In this document: positions 26,875-36,426 of the stretch, in pieces
How the letters are laid out: each line of letters opens with the position of its first letter
Position numbering within the stretch: the first letter of the stretch is position 1
Notes under the pieces: generated by a model
The model's input: the letters and a program-made list of their open reading frames with translations, nothing else
The model's database searches: none
Told to the model about the DNA's origin: nothing
From: an uncultured Oscillospiraceae bacterium
GTDB taxonomy: Bacteria; Bacillota; Clostridia; Oscillospirales; Ruminococcaceae
Assembly (NCBI GenBank): GCA_964368815.1
Contig: CAYJDA010000001.1
Location: forward strand, 134,811-198,810
Direction: 5' to 3'
DNA length: 64,000 nt
Made by a program: the position numbers and the translations under genes

Positions 26875-27966
26875 ATGAAAAAATCAAGACACAGCATAAC
26901 TATAAAAGCAGTATTGCTTTCGGCGGTGCTGTGTCTTGTTACGTCCTGTAATGAAACGCCTGATAGCAGCTCCACCTCTGTTCATGTGACGCCACAGGTT
27001 GTTGCTTCCGCATCCCTTGAAACCCCGGAAATTGAGCAACACGATATTAACGCCTTAACCGGCCTTGCACCGATTGAGGGACAGGCAGAGGGTACACGGC
27101 CCGTAGCGGTTATGGTAGAAAACATCGATAAGGCTATGCCGCTTACCGGAATATCCTCCGCCGACGTTGTTTATGAAACCGAGACTGAATTAGGCTTAAC
27201 GTCATATATGCTGGTTTATTCCGACATTAACAGCATGGTTGCAGTCGGTCCCGTTAGCTCACTTAGAGCACAGTTTGCAGAGCTTGCAATGGCTCAAAAT
27301 GCAATTCTTGTAAATATTGATACCAACATGTATGCAGATAACCTACTCAACTATTTTGGTTATCAAAACATTGACGGCATTTATCTAGGCACTACAGCAT
27401 TTAACTTTGATCTCCCACGTTCCTATGATTATGGAAATATATATTCTTGGTACACAAGTAGTACTCTTGTATCTACCGGAATATCAATTAATTCCATATC
27501 ACCTGTCGGTGGTTATTATCCATTATTTAATTTTTCTGCTGTTGATGAGGAAATTAATGACGACTTTGAAGGTATTGCATCATCGTCGATCAACTTTAAT
27601 TTTTCCGATTCTGCCACAGGTGAACTTAGGTATAACGGTACTACCGAAAGCTATGACAAATATTTTGCGGGAAGTCCTCAATTAGATAGTATCGAACAAA
27701 AGCAGTTAACCTTTGATAATGTATTTCTACTATTTTGCGATGTATCTATGCAAGCAGACAATTATTCTACCAATTTTGCCCTTACACAGGGTGAAGGGTA
27801 TTATGTTAATAAGGGGAAATATTCCGAAATTAGCTGGCAAAAAGGCAACCCGGACGACCAACTTAAAATTCTTAACCAAGACGGTGAGGAAATACTTGTT
27901 AATCCCGGAAAATCCTATATAGCATTTATTTCAAACTCGTATAAAGAAACACTGGTGATTTCTTAA
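26875..27966 (+). CDS. DUF3048 (YerB-like) lipoprotein, paralogue 3 (divergent at conserved positions)
   Basis: Lipobox LVTSC. Core VAVMVENIDKAMPLTGISSADVVYETETELGLTSYMLVYSD...GPVSSLRAQF aligns with paralogues 1 and 2 but replaces TEGGITR and RSAR. Its ATG directly follows the upstream TAA. Confidence 0.75.
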   Translation: MKKSRHSITIKAVLLSAVLCLVTSCNETPDSSSTSVHVTPQVVASASLETPEIEQHDINALTGLAPIEGQAEGTRPVAVMVENIDKAMPLTGISSADVVYETETELGLTSYMLVYSDINSMVAVGPVSSLRAQFAELAMAQNAILVNIDTNMYADNLLNYFGYQNIDGIYLGTTAFNFDLPRSYDYGNIYSWYTSSTLVSTGISINSISPVGGYYPLFNFSAVDEEINDDFEGIASSSINFNFSDSATGELRYNGTTESYDKYFAGSPQLDSIEQKQLTFDNVFLLFCDVSMQADNYSTNFALTQGEGYYVNKGKYSEISWQKGNPDDQLKILNQDGEEILVNPGKSYIAFISNSYKETLVIS

Positions 27967-27968
27967 CT

Positions 27969-28406
27969 ATGAATATTTTAGTAATAAATGGACCTAATCT
28001 GCGAAAACTCGGAACACGTGAGCCGAGCGTTTACGGTAGTGAAACATTGCAAGATGTTTGTGATAAAATTGAAAAAGAGGCGATAGCCTTATCGGCCAAC
28101 GTCTCCTTCTTTGCAAGTGATAATGAGGGTGAGCTATGCAGTGCAATTATTGATGCTCCGGAACAATGCATTGATGCTATTATTATCAATCCCGCCGCCT
28201 ATACTCACACCTCGGTTGCACTACGTGACGCAATTAAAACCGCAAATCTTCCCACTATAGAGGTTCACATTTCGAATGTATACACAAGAGAAGAATTTCG
28301 CAAAAAGTCGTTAACAGCTGCGGCTTGTTTAGGACAAATCACGGGACTTGGAACCGATGGGTATCTTCTCGCTCTATACAAGCTCTGTAAATTCAGACAT
28401 ATTTAG
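27969..28406 (+). CDS. aroQ: Type II 3-dehydroquinate dehydratase
   Basis: ILVINGPNLRKLGTREPSVYG, INPAAYTHTSVALRDA, EVHISNV. 145 aa. Confidence 0.95.
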   Translation: MNILVINGPNLRKLGTREPSVYGSETLQDVCDKIEKEAIALSANVSFFASDNEGELCSAIIDAPEQCIDAIIINPAAYTHTSVALRDAIKTANLPTIEVHISNVYTREEFRKKSLTAAACLGQITGLGTDGYLLALYKLCKFRHI

Positions 28407-29666
28407 TTCAGCTTTAACACAGCTACCATAAAATTTTGATATTATTTCGTTGCAACACCTCTGGGGTGTTGTTTCGTTTTTTACCTCAAAATCAGAGCAT
28501 TCATCGTAAAAGACTTTTCTTCGGTTAAATATTGCCTCAACTCCGTCTCTAATTGAAACGGGACGCCCTTTGCTGTTTAAAAGTTCTAAAGGCCTGTTTA
28601 TCCAAAAAACCATACCACTTCTACGTAGTTTTAACCTGTTTTCTTCCCGTTCTATCGCACCTCCACCGGTAACGATTATACAGCCTTTTTCTTTACACGC
28701 CTCAACAATTGATTCCGACTCCATATCACGAAATACTTTCTCGCCGTACTTATCAAATATTTTAGGGATTCGCATGCCTGCCTTTTGTTCAATCACAGAG
28801 TCTATATCAATCAATTTCATTCTAAGTTTTTCTGCCAGTATCTTACCTAAAGTGCTTTTACCGCTACTCGGCATACCAATTAATACTACGTTATTACTTG
28901 TTCTTCGATACTTACCATACAATCTGCCAAAGTCGTAAAAATCTATTGCTTGGTCAAAAAAGAGAGCCGAGCCTGCTACCGCTTGTGCAAACAGCATAGC
29001 ATCACCACCTGCCCCTTTTATGCCTAAACGTTGGGCAAGGCTTATCAGCTCGGTGCGATATGGATTTGCTATTAAGTCCACCGCAACCTCTAACCCTGAA
29101 AACACATTAAGATCTATTGGCATATCGTTGTTGCGTCCGTAGAGACCAACCGGTGTTGAGTTGATTAAAACATCAAAATCTGAAATTTTATCAAGATTAC
29201 TGTAGTTGTATTCTCCGCTTCGTGATACGGTAACCACCTTTTTGGCACCAAGCTTTTCCATAACATTAACCGCTGTACTGCCTGCTCCCCCACTTCCGAG
29301 AACAACGCATTTTCTGTTATTAACATCGATTTCGTAAAACTTAAACATGGCTATAAGACCTATAAAATCGGTATTGTAGCCATAAAGTTTGCCGTTACGG
29401 TTAAGAATGGTATTTACGCTGTTACAAAGTTTTGCTGTCGGAGATATTGCCTCACAATATTTAATTACTTCTTTTTTGTACGGTATCGTTACATTAATGG
29501 CATGAAAATCTCGTCGATAAAAAAAATCATCCAGCTCTTCTGCGTTTAGCTCATAAATATTATAGTGAGCGTTGCCTAATATTTCATGTATTATTGGTGA
29601 GTGACTGTGTGATAGCTTATCTCCGATTAAACCTACCGTCAGTCTGTCATAAGGTATTTCACTCAT
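28374..29666 (-). CDS. Bifunctional shikimate dehydrogenase / shikimate kinase fusion (AroE-AroK)
   Basis: The N-terminal ~250 aa is AroE-like (IGDKLSHSHSPIIHE, NVTIPYK, NTDFIG, VLGSGGAGS). The C-terminal part is AroK-like (VVLIGMPSSGKSTLGKILAEKL..., TGGGA). Confidence 0.85.
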   Translation of the reverse strand: MSEIPYDRLTVGLIGDKLSHSHSPIIHEILGNAHYNIYELNAEELDDFFYRRDFHAINVTIPYKKEVIKYCEAISPTAKLCNSVNTILNRNGKLYGYNTDFIGLIAMFKFYEIDVNNRKCVVLGSGGAGSTAVNVMEKLGAKKVVTVSRSGEYNYSNLDKISDFDVLINSTPVGLYGRNNDMPIDLNVFSGLEVAVDLIANPYRTELISLAQRLGIKGAGGDAMLFAQAVAGSALFFDQAIDFYDFGRLYGKYRRTSNNVVLIGMPSSGKSTLGKILAEKLRMKLIDIDSVIEQKAGMRIPKIFDKYGEKVFRDMESESIVEACKEKGCIIVTGGGAIEREENRLKLRRSGMVFWINRPLELLNSKGRPVSIRDGVEAIFNRRKVFYDECSDFEVKNETTPQRCCNEIISKFYGSCVKAELNMSEFTELV

Positions 29667-30751
29667 ATTTCACCCTTTTCCGAAGAAAGCAATAAATCTA
29701 AAAGGACGCATGCAGCTGCAGCTTCTACAACCGGAACAGCTCGAAGCACAATACAGGGATCATGTCTACCCTTTACTTTTAATATCTCTTGTTCTCCGGT
29801 TTTAAGATTTAAGGTAGTTTGAGGATATGAAATAGATGGCGTTGGTTTAAATCCAACTCTAAAAATTAGTGGCGCACCGGTTGTTATTCCGCCTAAAACT
29901 CCACCTGCATTATTAGTAATTGGAATTGGCTTTTCGTTTAACAAAGTGTAGCTGTCGTTATGTTCACTGCCCTTCATGCCACATGCTTCAAACCCAACAC
30001 CAAACTCAACACCACGAACAGCCGGTATTCCAAAAAGAACCTTTGCTAATGCACTCTCGATCCCATCAAACATTGGATTGCCTATCCCTGCGGGAAGACC
30101 TACCGCCACACACTCTACAGCACCACCAACCGAGTCTCCCATTAAGCGGGCTGCTTCAATTGCCTGTGCCATTTCCTCTGCGGCCTTATCGTCTATCGTA
30201 GGAAAAGTTTTATTTGCTACCTCTTTAAGAGTATTAATGTCAACTTTAGTAGGATTAATTTTTTTATCATAAATACCGGCACAATTTGAAATATGTGCCG
30301 CTATCGTTATTCCATATCGTAATAATATTTGCATTGCAACCGCACCTGCAAAACACAGCGGGAGGGTAAGTCTACCTGAAAAATGACCTCCGCCTGTTGG
30401 ATCGGGATTGCGATAGCGCTGTCGTGCCGTTAGGTCGGCATGGGAAGGGCGTGGGGTATCCCAAAGCTCGCTATATGCTGAAGGATTAATATTTGAATTA
30501 TTAAATATAGCTGCAAGTGGGGCACCACAGGTCGCTCCGTCTACAAGCCCTGACAACACCTGCGGAGTATCCGCCTCTTTTCGAGGTGTTGAATGCTTTT
30601 TTCCGCCCTGTCTGCGCATCAAAAAGGTTTCAATCTGTGTTAAATCTATTTTTTCACCTGAGGGCAGACCATCCATAACAACACCAAGGCCCTGTGAGTG
30701 TGACTGGCCAAAGATTTGGATTTTAACTGTATTTCCAAAGTTAGAGGACAT
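29663..30751 (-). CDS. aroC: Chorismate synthase
   Basis: FGQSHSQGLGVVMDGLPSG, RPSHAD, SGRLT and GRHDPC motifs. Confidence 0.95.
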   Translation of the reverse strand: MSSNFGNTVKIQIFGQSHSQGLGVVMDGLPSGEKIDLTQIETFLMRRQGGKKHSTPRKEADTPQVLSGLVDGATCGAPLAAIFNNSNINPSAYSELWDTPRPSHADLTARQRYRNPDPTGGGHFSGRLTLPLCFAGAVAMQILLRYGITIAAHISNCAGIYDKKINPTKVDINTLKEVANKTFPTIDDKAAEEMAQAIEAARLMGDSVGGAVECVAVGLPAGIGNPMFDGIESALAKVLFGIPAVRGVEFGVGFEACGMKGSEHNDSYTLLNEKPIPITNNAGGVLGGITTGAPLIFRVGFKPTPSISYPQTTLNLKTGEQEILKVKGRHDPCIVLRAVPVVEAAAACVLLDLLLSSEKGEI

Positions 30752-32024
30752 CTATAATACCTCCAAGAGCTTCAAAATCGGAATAAAATCTAGGATAAGA
30801 TTTTGCAACTGCATTTGAATCTTCTATCGTTATTGGTCCTGTGGAAAAACAAGATGCTACCGCTGCAGCCATTGCTATACGATGATCATTGTGGGAGTTT
30901 ATCCTACCACCTGTAAGCTTTCCTCCCGTAATAACAATATTATCCTCCTGAGCTTTTGCCTCTCCTCCCAGCAGATTAATTAGCTCAGTCGTAGCTGACA
31001 GACGGTCGCTCTCTTTAAGCTTAAGTCTGCCTGCACCGCAGAGCACCGTGTTACCTTCTGCCGATGCGGCAACCACTGCAAGCACAGGTGCAAGGTCGGG
31101 GCATTGACTGATATCTACAGCAATCCCTTTTAGTTTACCCTTTTTGGCAGTTATTGAGGTTATTCCACTCTCAGTTTTATGGTTTACCTGCGCACCGAAA
31201 TTTCTAAGAATTTCAACTATCATCTTATCGCCCTGTAATGTATCAGGGTATTTTAATCCTGTTACAGTTACCTCTCCTCCAATCGCCGCTGCAGAAAGCC
31301 AGAATGCTGAATTTGACCAATCACCTTCGGCATGTATTTCGCCCGGAGATCGGTATTTTTGATTTCCTTCCATTTTAAACCCTGCAAAAGTTTTTTCAAT
31401 GGTAACACCAAAGCTTTTAAGGGTTGAGATTGTCATATCTACATAAGGAGCAGATTCCAACTTAGTAGTCAAGGCAATTTTACTGTCCTTTTTTAAAAGT
31501 GGAAGCGCAAACATTAATCCACTAATAAACTGTGAGCTTACATCCCCTGCAATGTTATATGTGCCGGGCTTCAGCCTTCCTTTAACCGTAAAAGGTAAGG
31601 TGTCTGCACCAAAGGAAACTCCATGTTCCTTCATAACTGTTAGCAACGGTTTCATCGGCCTTTCGGCAAGTCTGCCTTTTCCGTTAAACTGAACATTCTT
31701 ATATATTGCCGCCGAAATAGGGGTTAGTAACCTTAAGGTAGTTCCACTTTCGTTGCAGTCACACATAGGATTTTTTGGCTTTGTGTCTCCGGAGCAAACA
31801 GAGATTGCATACCCTTTTTCTGTTTCTTCGGCTTCAATTTCTACCATAAGTGAGTTTAAACACGCTACGGTAGCCACAATATCCTCTGACAAGGTGTTGC
31901 AATGAATTTTAACTGGCTCTTCACATAGCGATGCCGCAATTATAGCACGATGTAGGTCGGATTTGGAAGATATGGCTTCTATGCATCCTCGAAGTATAGA
32001 TGGTTGAATTGTTATTACTTTCAT
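30741..32024 (-). CDS. aroA: 3-phosphoshikimate 1-carboxyvinyltransferase (EPSP synthase)
   Basis: SSKSDLHRAIIAASL, GTTLRLL, LKESDRL, DHRIAMA. 427 aa. Confidence 0.95.
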   Translation of the reverse strand: MKVITIQPSILRGCIEAISSKSDLHRAIIAASLCEEPVKIHCNTLSEDIVATVACLNSLMVEIEAEETEKGYAISVCSGDTKPKNPMCDCNESGTTLRLLTPISAAIYKNVQFNGKGRLAERPMKPLLTVMKEHGVSFGADTLPFTVKGRLKPGTYNIAGDVSSQFISGLMFALPLLKKDSKIALTTKLESAPYVDMTISTLKSFGVTIEKTFAGFKMEGNQKYRSPGEIHAEGDWSNSAFWLSAAAIGGEVTVTGLKYPDTLQGDKMIVEILRNFGAQVNHKTESGITSITAKKGKLKGIAVDISQCPDLAPVLAVVAASAEGNTVLCGAGRLKLKESDRLSATTELINLLGGEAKAQEDNIVITGGKLTGGRINSHNDHRIAMAAAVASCFSTGPITIEDSNAVAKSYPRFYSDFEALGGIIDVL

Positions 32025-33076
32025 AAAGCTTTGTCCCCCACAAAAAAACTGTTTAGCTCATCCTGTGTAATACTATATAAAAATGGTTTTGATATATCCT
32101 CTAACAAAGCCAGTGTTAAACTACTTTTTCTCATTTTTTTGTCGCCCAATAAATGCGGTATTAATAACTCTATTGGATATGGCAGTTTATATTCTATACC
32201 CTGTGCTAAAAATGAGTTTTCAACTCTTTTGCTCACTCCGCTTTTTGTAAGCCCTGTTTTTTCACTACTGTTCAAAATCGATACCATTCCGGCAGCAACT
32301 GCCGCACCATGTGCTATACGATACCCACTTTGAGCCTCAATAGCATGTCCGAGGGTGTGACCCAAATTGAGTAGCTGTCTTAGCCCATTATCCTTTTCAT
32401 CCTGTTCAACATAGTGCTTTTTAACAAGCAATGAGCGCTCAATAATATATTTATAATCGGTTTCCGATATTTTATTACATAATCTATTAAACAGCTCTTC
32501 ATCCAATAGTGCTCCGGATTTTATCGCTTCAACAAGCCCATTTTGAAGTTCTTCTCTCGGAAGAGTTTTAAATAAATTTGTATCTATCATAACAAAATGA
32601 GGGGGATAAAATGATCCTATGTTATTCTTCTGCCCTGCATGATCAATTGCAGTTTTACCACCTATCGATGCATCCACAGCTGCAAGAAAAGAGGTTGCCA
32701 CGGTTGCATATGGTATTCCTCGCAGATAACAACTTGCAACAAAACCGGTAAGATCGGATACTACACCGCCCCCTAATGCAATGAGAAGGTCTCCTTTATT
32801 AATAGCATGCTTAGATAAAAACGATATCAAATTTTCAAACGACTGTATGTTTTTGCTATCTTCTCCCGGCTCTATAATAAAGTCGTATACCTCAAACCCT
32901 GCTTCTTCAAGCGATAAAAACAGACTTTGTAGGTAGTGTTGTGCCACATTTTTATCGGTAACAATAACAGCTTTAGAGCGTCCAAAAATACTAAGAGCTT
33001 TTTCTCCAAATGTATTTAATATACCCCTATCTAACTCGATATTGTACTTTACTGATGAATTTACCTCAATTATCAT
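32021..33076 (-). CDS. aroB: 3-dehydroquinate synthase
   Basis: LIALGGGVVSDLTGFVAS, DASIGGKTAID, LNLGHTLGHAIE. Confidence 0.95.
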   Translation of the reverse strand: MIIEVNSSVKYNIELDRGILNTFGEKALSIFGRSKAVIVTDKNVAQHYLQSLFLSLEEAGFEVYDFIIEPGEDSKNIQSFENLISFLSKHAINKGDLLIALGGGVVSDLTGFVASCYLRGIPYATVATSFLAAVDASIGGKTAIDHAGQKNNIGSFYPPHFVMIDTNLFKTLPREELQNGLVEAIKSGALLDEELFNRLCNKISETDYKYIIERSLLVKKHYVEQDEKDNGLRQLLNLGHTLGHAIEAQSGYRIAHGAAVAAGMVSILNSSEKTGLTKSGVSKRVENSFLAQGIEYKLPYPIELLIPHLLGDKKMRKSSLTLALLEDISKPFLYSITQDELNSFFVGDKAL

Positions 33077-33078
33077 TA

Positions 33079-33924
33079 TTAGCAGTCACCTTTCTTGCTG
33101 TTTATTTTCATAATATTTCCATCAGACAACAGCCTATGAAGCGCTTCATAATCACCTTGTTGCAAGCTAACCTTAAAAGCATTTAGGGTTCTTTCAAAAC
33201 ATTCTATGTCGCTTATAAGATTATCCTTGTTATTTAACATAAGTTCACTCCACATGTCGGCAGATAGCTCCGCAACCCGTGATAAATCCCTGAATGAGCC
33301 TGCTGAATAGCCTGTATGGTTTTGAGACTTTTCATTTTGAATGTAGCTTCCGGAAAGAATGTGGGCAAGTTGAGAGGTGTATGATAACATAGAGTCGTGT
33401 ACCTCAGGGGTACACACTACAACCTTATTAAAGTTTATGCTAAGAGCAAATTCGCTAACTAACTTTACCGCTTTTTCATCGGTGTCATTTTCGGTACAAA
33501 GTATCATTGAAGCGCCATCAAACATCGTTGAGCTTGAATTTAAATATCCCGCAGTTGTTCTTCCCTGCATCGGGTGAGCACCAACAAAGCTAACACCGTT
33601 TTTTTTGCAAATGTCGGTCAGCGCATTACACACTCCTCGTTTGTTTCCGCAAATATCAATAATTGTTGAGCCCTTGGCAAAATTGCAGATATTATCCTGC
33701 ACATATTTGATTGTGTCCGACTCGTATAGTGCTATTATATATAAATCAGCATGCTTGTCCTTGCTCCATCGGTCAACAATAACTTTATCTGATAGTGCTT
33801 TTGCAACAGACTCTTCGTTGATATCATATCCCAAGCACTCATAGCCGTATTTTGTTGCGGTTTTTACAAAGGAACCTCCGATAAGTCCAAGACCAATTAC
33901 TGCCATTTTAAGCTTAGAACTCAC
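33079..33924 (-). CDS. tyrA: Prephenate dehydrogenase
   Basis: Rossmann MAVIGLGLIGGSF, FVGAHPMQG, LSYTSQLAHIL. Confidence 0.85.
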   Translation of the reverse strand: MSSKLKMAVIGLGLIGGSFVKTATKYGYECLGYDINEESVAKALSDKVIVDRWSKDKHADLYIIALYESDTIKYVQDNICNFAKGSTIIDICGNKRGVCNALTDICKKNGVSFVGAHPMQGRTTAGYLNSSSTMFDGASMILCTENDTDEKAVKLVSEFALSINFNKVVVCTPEVHDSMLSYTSQLAHILSGSYIQNEKSQNHTGYSAGSFRDLSRVAELSADMWSELMLNNKDNLISDIECFERTLNAFKVSLQQGDYEALHRLLSDGNIMKINSKKGDC

Positions 33925-34921
33925 CGGTTACCTCCAGCAATTTATTAACCTGGTAGGCTAACACATCAAATTCTTCAGGTGTTAGCGACTGTGCTCCATC
34001 GCACAGGGCAAGTTCAGGCGAATTGTGAACCTCAATAATTAACCCATCGGCACCACAGGCAGCGGCTGCAAGCGACATTTCTCTTACATACTTCGAGGTT
34101 CCAAGTGCGTGACTTGGGTCAACAATTACCGGAAGATGGCTATGAGCCTTAATATAGGGAATAGCCGAGAGGTCTAAGGTGTTGCGCAAAGCAGTTTCAT
34201 AAGTTCTTATCCCCCTCTCACAGATAATTACGTTTCTGTTACCCTCTGATAAAATATATTCGGCACTCATTAGAAGTTCTTCAATGGTACTGGATAGGCC
34301 ACGTTTTAGCAAAATTGGTTTTTCACCTCTTCCGAGTTCACGCAGCAGCTCAAAGTTCTGCATGTTTCTCGCTCCTACCTGAATCATGTCAACATCCTTA
34401 AACAGCGATACATGTGCGGTGTCTAACACCTCAGACACCACAGGTAATCCATTTTCTTTTCCCGCTTGAATAAGTAACGACAATCCATCTTCTTTAAGAC
34501 CTTGAAATGCATATGGTGATGTTCTTGGTTTAAATGCACCGCCTCTTAGCATGCCTGCACCGGAGGACTTAACAGCTTTGGCTACCGCACCCATCTGCGA
34601 AGCAGACTCAACCGAGCAAGGGCCTGCAATAAGGGCAAAGTTGCCGCCACCAATATATGTTTGTCCAATCTTTACAACGGTATCTTCAGGATGAAACTTA
34701 CGATTCGCCAATTTATATGGCTCGCTTACCCTCCTCACTGCTTCAACAATCGGAAGTGCTTCCAGATGACCGATATCAATCCTTGTGGTATCCCCTACGA
34801 GCCCAACAACAATACTATCCTCACCGGTACTGATATCTAAGCGTAAATTTTGCGAAGTTAACCAGTTTTTTAAGGAATTAAATTCCTTATCATCTGATTT
34901 CTTGTTTAAAATAACTATCAT
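33914..34921 (-). CDS. aroF: 3-deoxy-7-phosphoheptulonate (DAHP) synthase, type I-beta, with an N-terminal ferredoxin-like regulatory domain
   Basis: IAGPCSVES, GAFKPRTSPYAFQG, VDPSH. There is a ~65-aa N-terminal extension as in Thermotoga-type enzymes. Confidence 0.9.
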   Translation of the reverse strand: MIVILNKKSDDKEFNSLKNWLTSQNLRLDISTGEDSIVVGLVGDTTRIDIGHLEALPIVEAVRRVSEPYKLANRKFHPEDTVVKIGQTYIGGGNFALIAGPCSVESASQMGAVAKAVKSSGAGMLRGGAFKPRTSPYAFQGLKEDGLSLLIQAGKENGLPVVSEVLDTAHVSLFKDVDMIQVGARNMQNFELLRELGRGEKPILLKRGLSSTIEELLMSAEYILSEGNRNVIICERGIRTYETALRNTLDLSAIPYIKAHSHLPVIVDPSHALGTSKYVREMSLAAAACGADGLIIEVHNSPELALCDGAQSLTPEEFDVLAYQVNKLLEVTGEF

Positions 34922-35050
34922 TATCGTCCTTATATATTATATAATTTAATTGTCTTTATACATTATAACAATAATCGACTGTATTTTCAAGACATATTAT
35001 ACAAAATAAGACCAATAGTAAACTCTAAAAAATAAATATATTCAAGGTTA

Positions 35051-35079
35051 TTTACATTCGCTCTTCACTATAGTATAAT
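35051..35079 (+). promoter_or_regulatory. sigmaA-like promoter (TTTACA-17-TATAAT) for the permease gene
   Basis: TTTACA at 35051-35056, a 17-nt spacer, TATAAT at 35074-35079. Confidence 0.5.
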
Positions 35080-35131
35080 ATATAGAGGTAATTTGTCGAA
35101 GAATATGATTAATGAAAGGATGGGCTTATTT

Positions 35132-36373
35132 ATGCATCAACAGCTTTCCACAAACAAACGTATTATTCTGGGAGTGCAACATCTGTTCGCCATGTTTGGA
35201 GCGACAGTTTTGGTTCCCGCTTTAACCGGTCTTAATGTTTCAGTTACATTAATTTGCGCAGGACTCGGAACACTTTTGTTTCATTTTATTACGAAACATC
35301 AGGTTCCTGTTTTTTTGGGTTCTAGTTTTGCATACATTGCGGCCTTACAGATAGTAATAGGAACAGTTCCTAGTGATAGCTATGCGGGAAATACCGGCAT
35401 TGCTTATGCTCAAGGTGGCATAATAGTTTCAGGTCTGGTATACCTTGTTTTAGCTCTGCTCGTCAAGGTTATAGGCACCGAAAAAGTTAGAAGCTTTTTC
35501 CCGCCTATAGTAGTAGGCCCTGTTATAGTTGTTATCGGCATTACACTTGCGCCTACCGGAATAGCAAGTGCTTCTCAGAACTGGATTATTGCTGCAATTG
35601 TGTTGATAGTTATTATTATTGCTACATGTTTTGCCAAGGGGTTTTTCAAGTTAGTACCGATACTTATAGGTCTTGTTCTCGGTTATGCCGTTTCGCTGAT
35701 ATGCGATTTGTTAAACGTTTTCCCAGAAAAGCTTATCAATTTTTCGACAGTATCCGAAGCACCTGTATTTATTGATTTTACTGCATTCACTCTTCCTCAG
35801 TTTGATCCCCATGCTATTGCTATGATAGCTCCGATTGCCCTTGTAACATTCTTAGAGCACATAGGCGACATCACTACAAACGGATCAGTTGTTGGGCAAG
35901 ATTTCTTTAAAAAGCCGGGCCTTCATCGCACCTTAACCGGAGACGGCGTAGCCAGCGTTCTTGCAGGGCTGCTGGGTGGACCGCCAAACACCACCTATTC
36001 TGAGAACACCGGTGTTCTTGCAGTAACCAGAATATATGATCCTATCGTTATAAAAATTGCTGCTGTTTTTGCAATTGTTCTTGGACTTTTTGGAAAACTT
36101 GGTGCAATTTTAGCAAGTATTCCCGATCCGGTTAAAGGTGGTATGTCTATCATTCTTTTCGGCATGATTGCTGCTGTTGGTATGCGTACCATGGTTGATG
36201 CAAAGGTAGAGTTTTCTAAAAGTCGCAACCTGCTTATCTGTGGTTTAATATTGGTATTTGGACTAGGAACAAGTGCTATAAATATAACGCTTTTCGGTTT
36301 GCAATTCAGCGGATTGTTTGTGGCTGTATTAGTTGGAGTTATTGCCAACAAGGTTCTTCCTCAGGATATCTAA
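35132..36373 (+). CDS. uraA: NCS2-family uracil/xanthine permease
   Basis: LGVQHLFAMFGATVLVP, YSENTGVLAVTR, about 12-14 TM helices. Start placed at the ATG at 35132 (MHQQLS...) by comparison of N-terminal length with UraA. The ORF-track TTG at 35093 is less likely. Confidence 0.85.
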   Translation: MHQQLSTNKRIILGVQHLFAMFGATVLVPALTGLNVSVTLICAGLGTLLFHFITKHQVPVFLGSSFAYIAALQIVIGTVPSDSYAGNTGIAYAQGGIIVSGLVYLVLALLVKVIGTEKVRSFFPPIVVGPVIVVIGITLAPTGIASASQNWIIAAIVLIVIIIATCFAKGFFKLVPILIGLVLGYAVSLICDLLNVFPEKLINFSTVSEAPVFIDFTAFTLPQFDPHAIAMIAPIALVTFLEHIGDITTNGSVVGQDFFKKPGLHRTLTGDGVASVLAGLLGGPPNTTYSENTGVLAVTRIYDPIVIKIAAVFAIVLGLFGKLGAILASIPDPVKGGMSIILFGMIAAVGMRTMVDAKVEFSKSRNLLICGLILVFGLGTSAINITLFGLQFSGLFVAVLVGVIANKVLPQDI

Positions 36374-36382
36374 GTTATATAT

Positions 36383-36426
36383 AAAAAAATGCTGTGACGA
36401 TAATTTGTTCGTCACAGCATTTTTTT
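36383..36426. terminator. Bidirectional intrinsic terminator (permease / lipoprotein convergent pair)
   Basis: A7-TGCTGTGACGA-loop-TCGTCACAGCA-T7. The stem extends to ~18 bp when the A/T runs are included. Confidence 0.85.
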
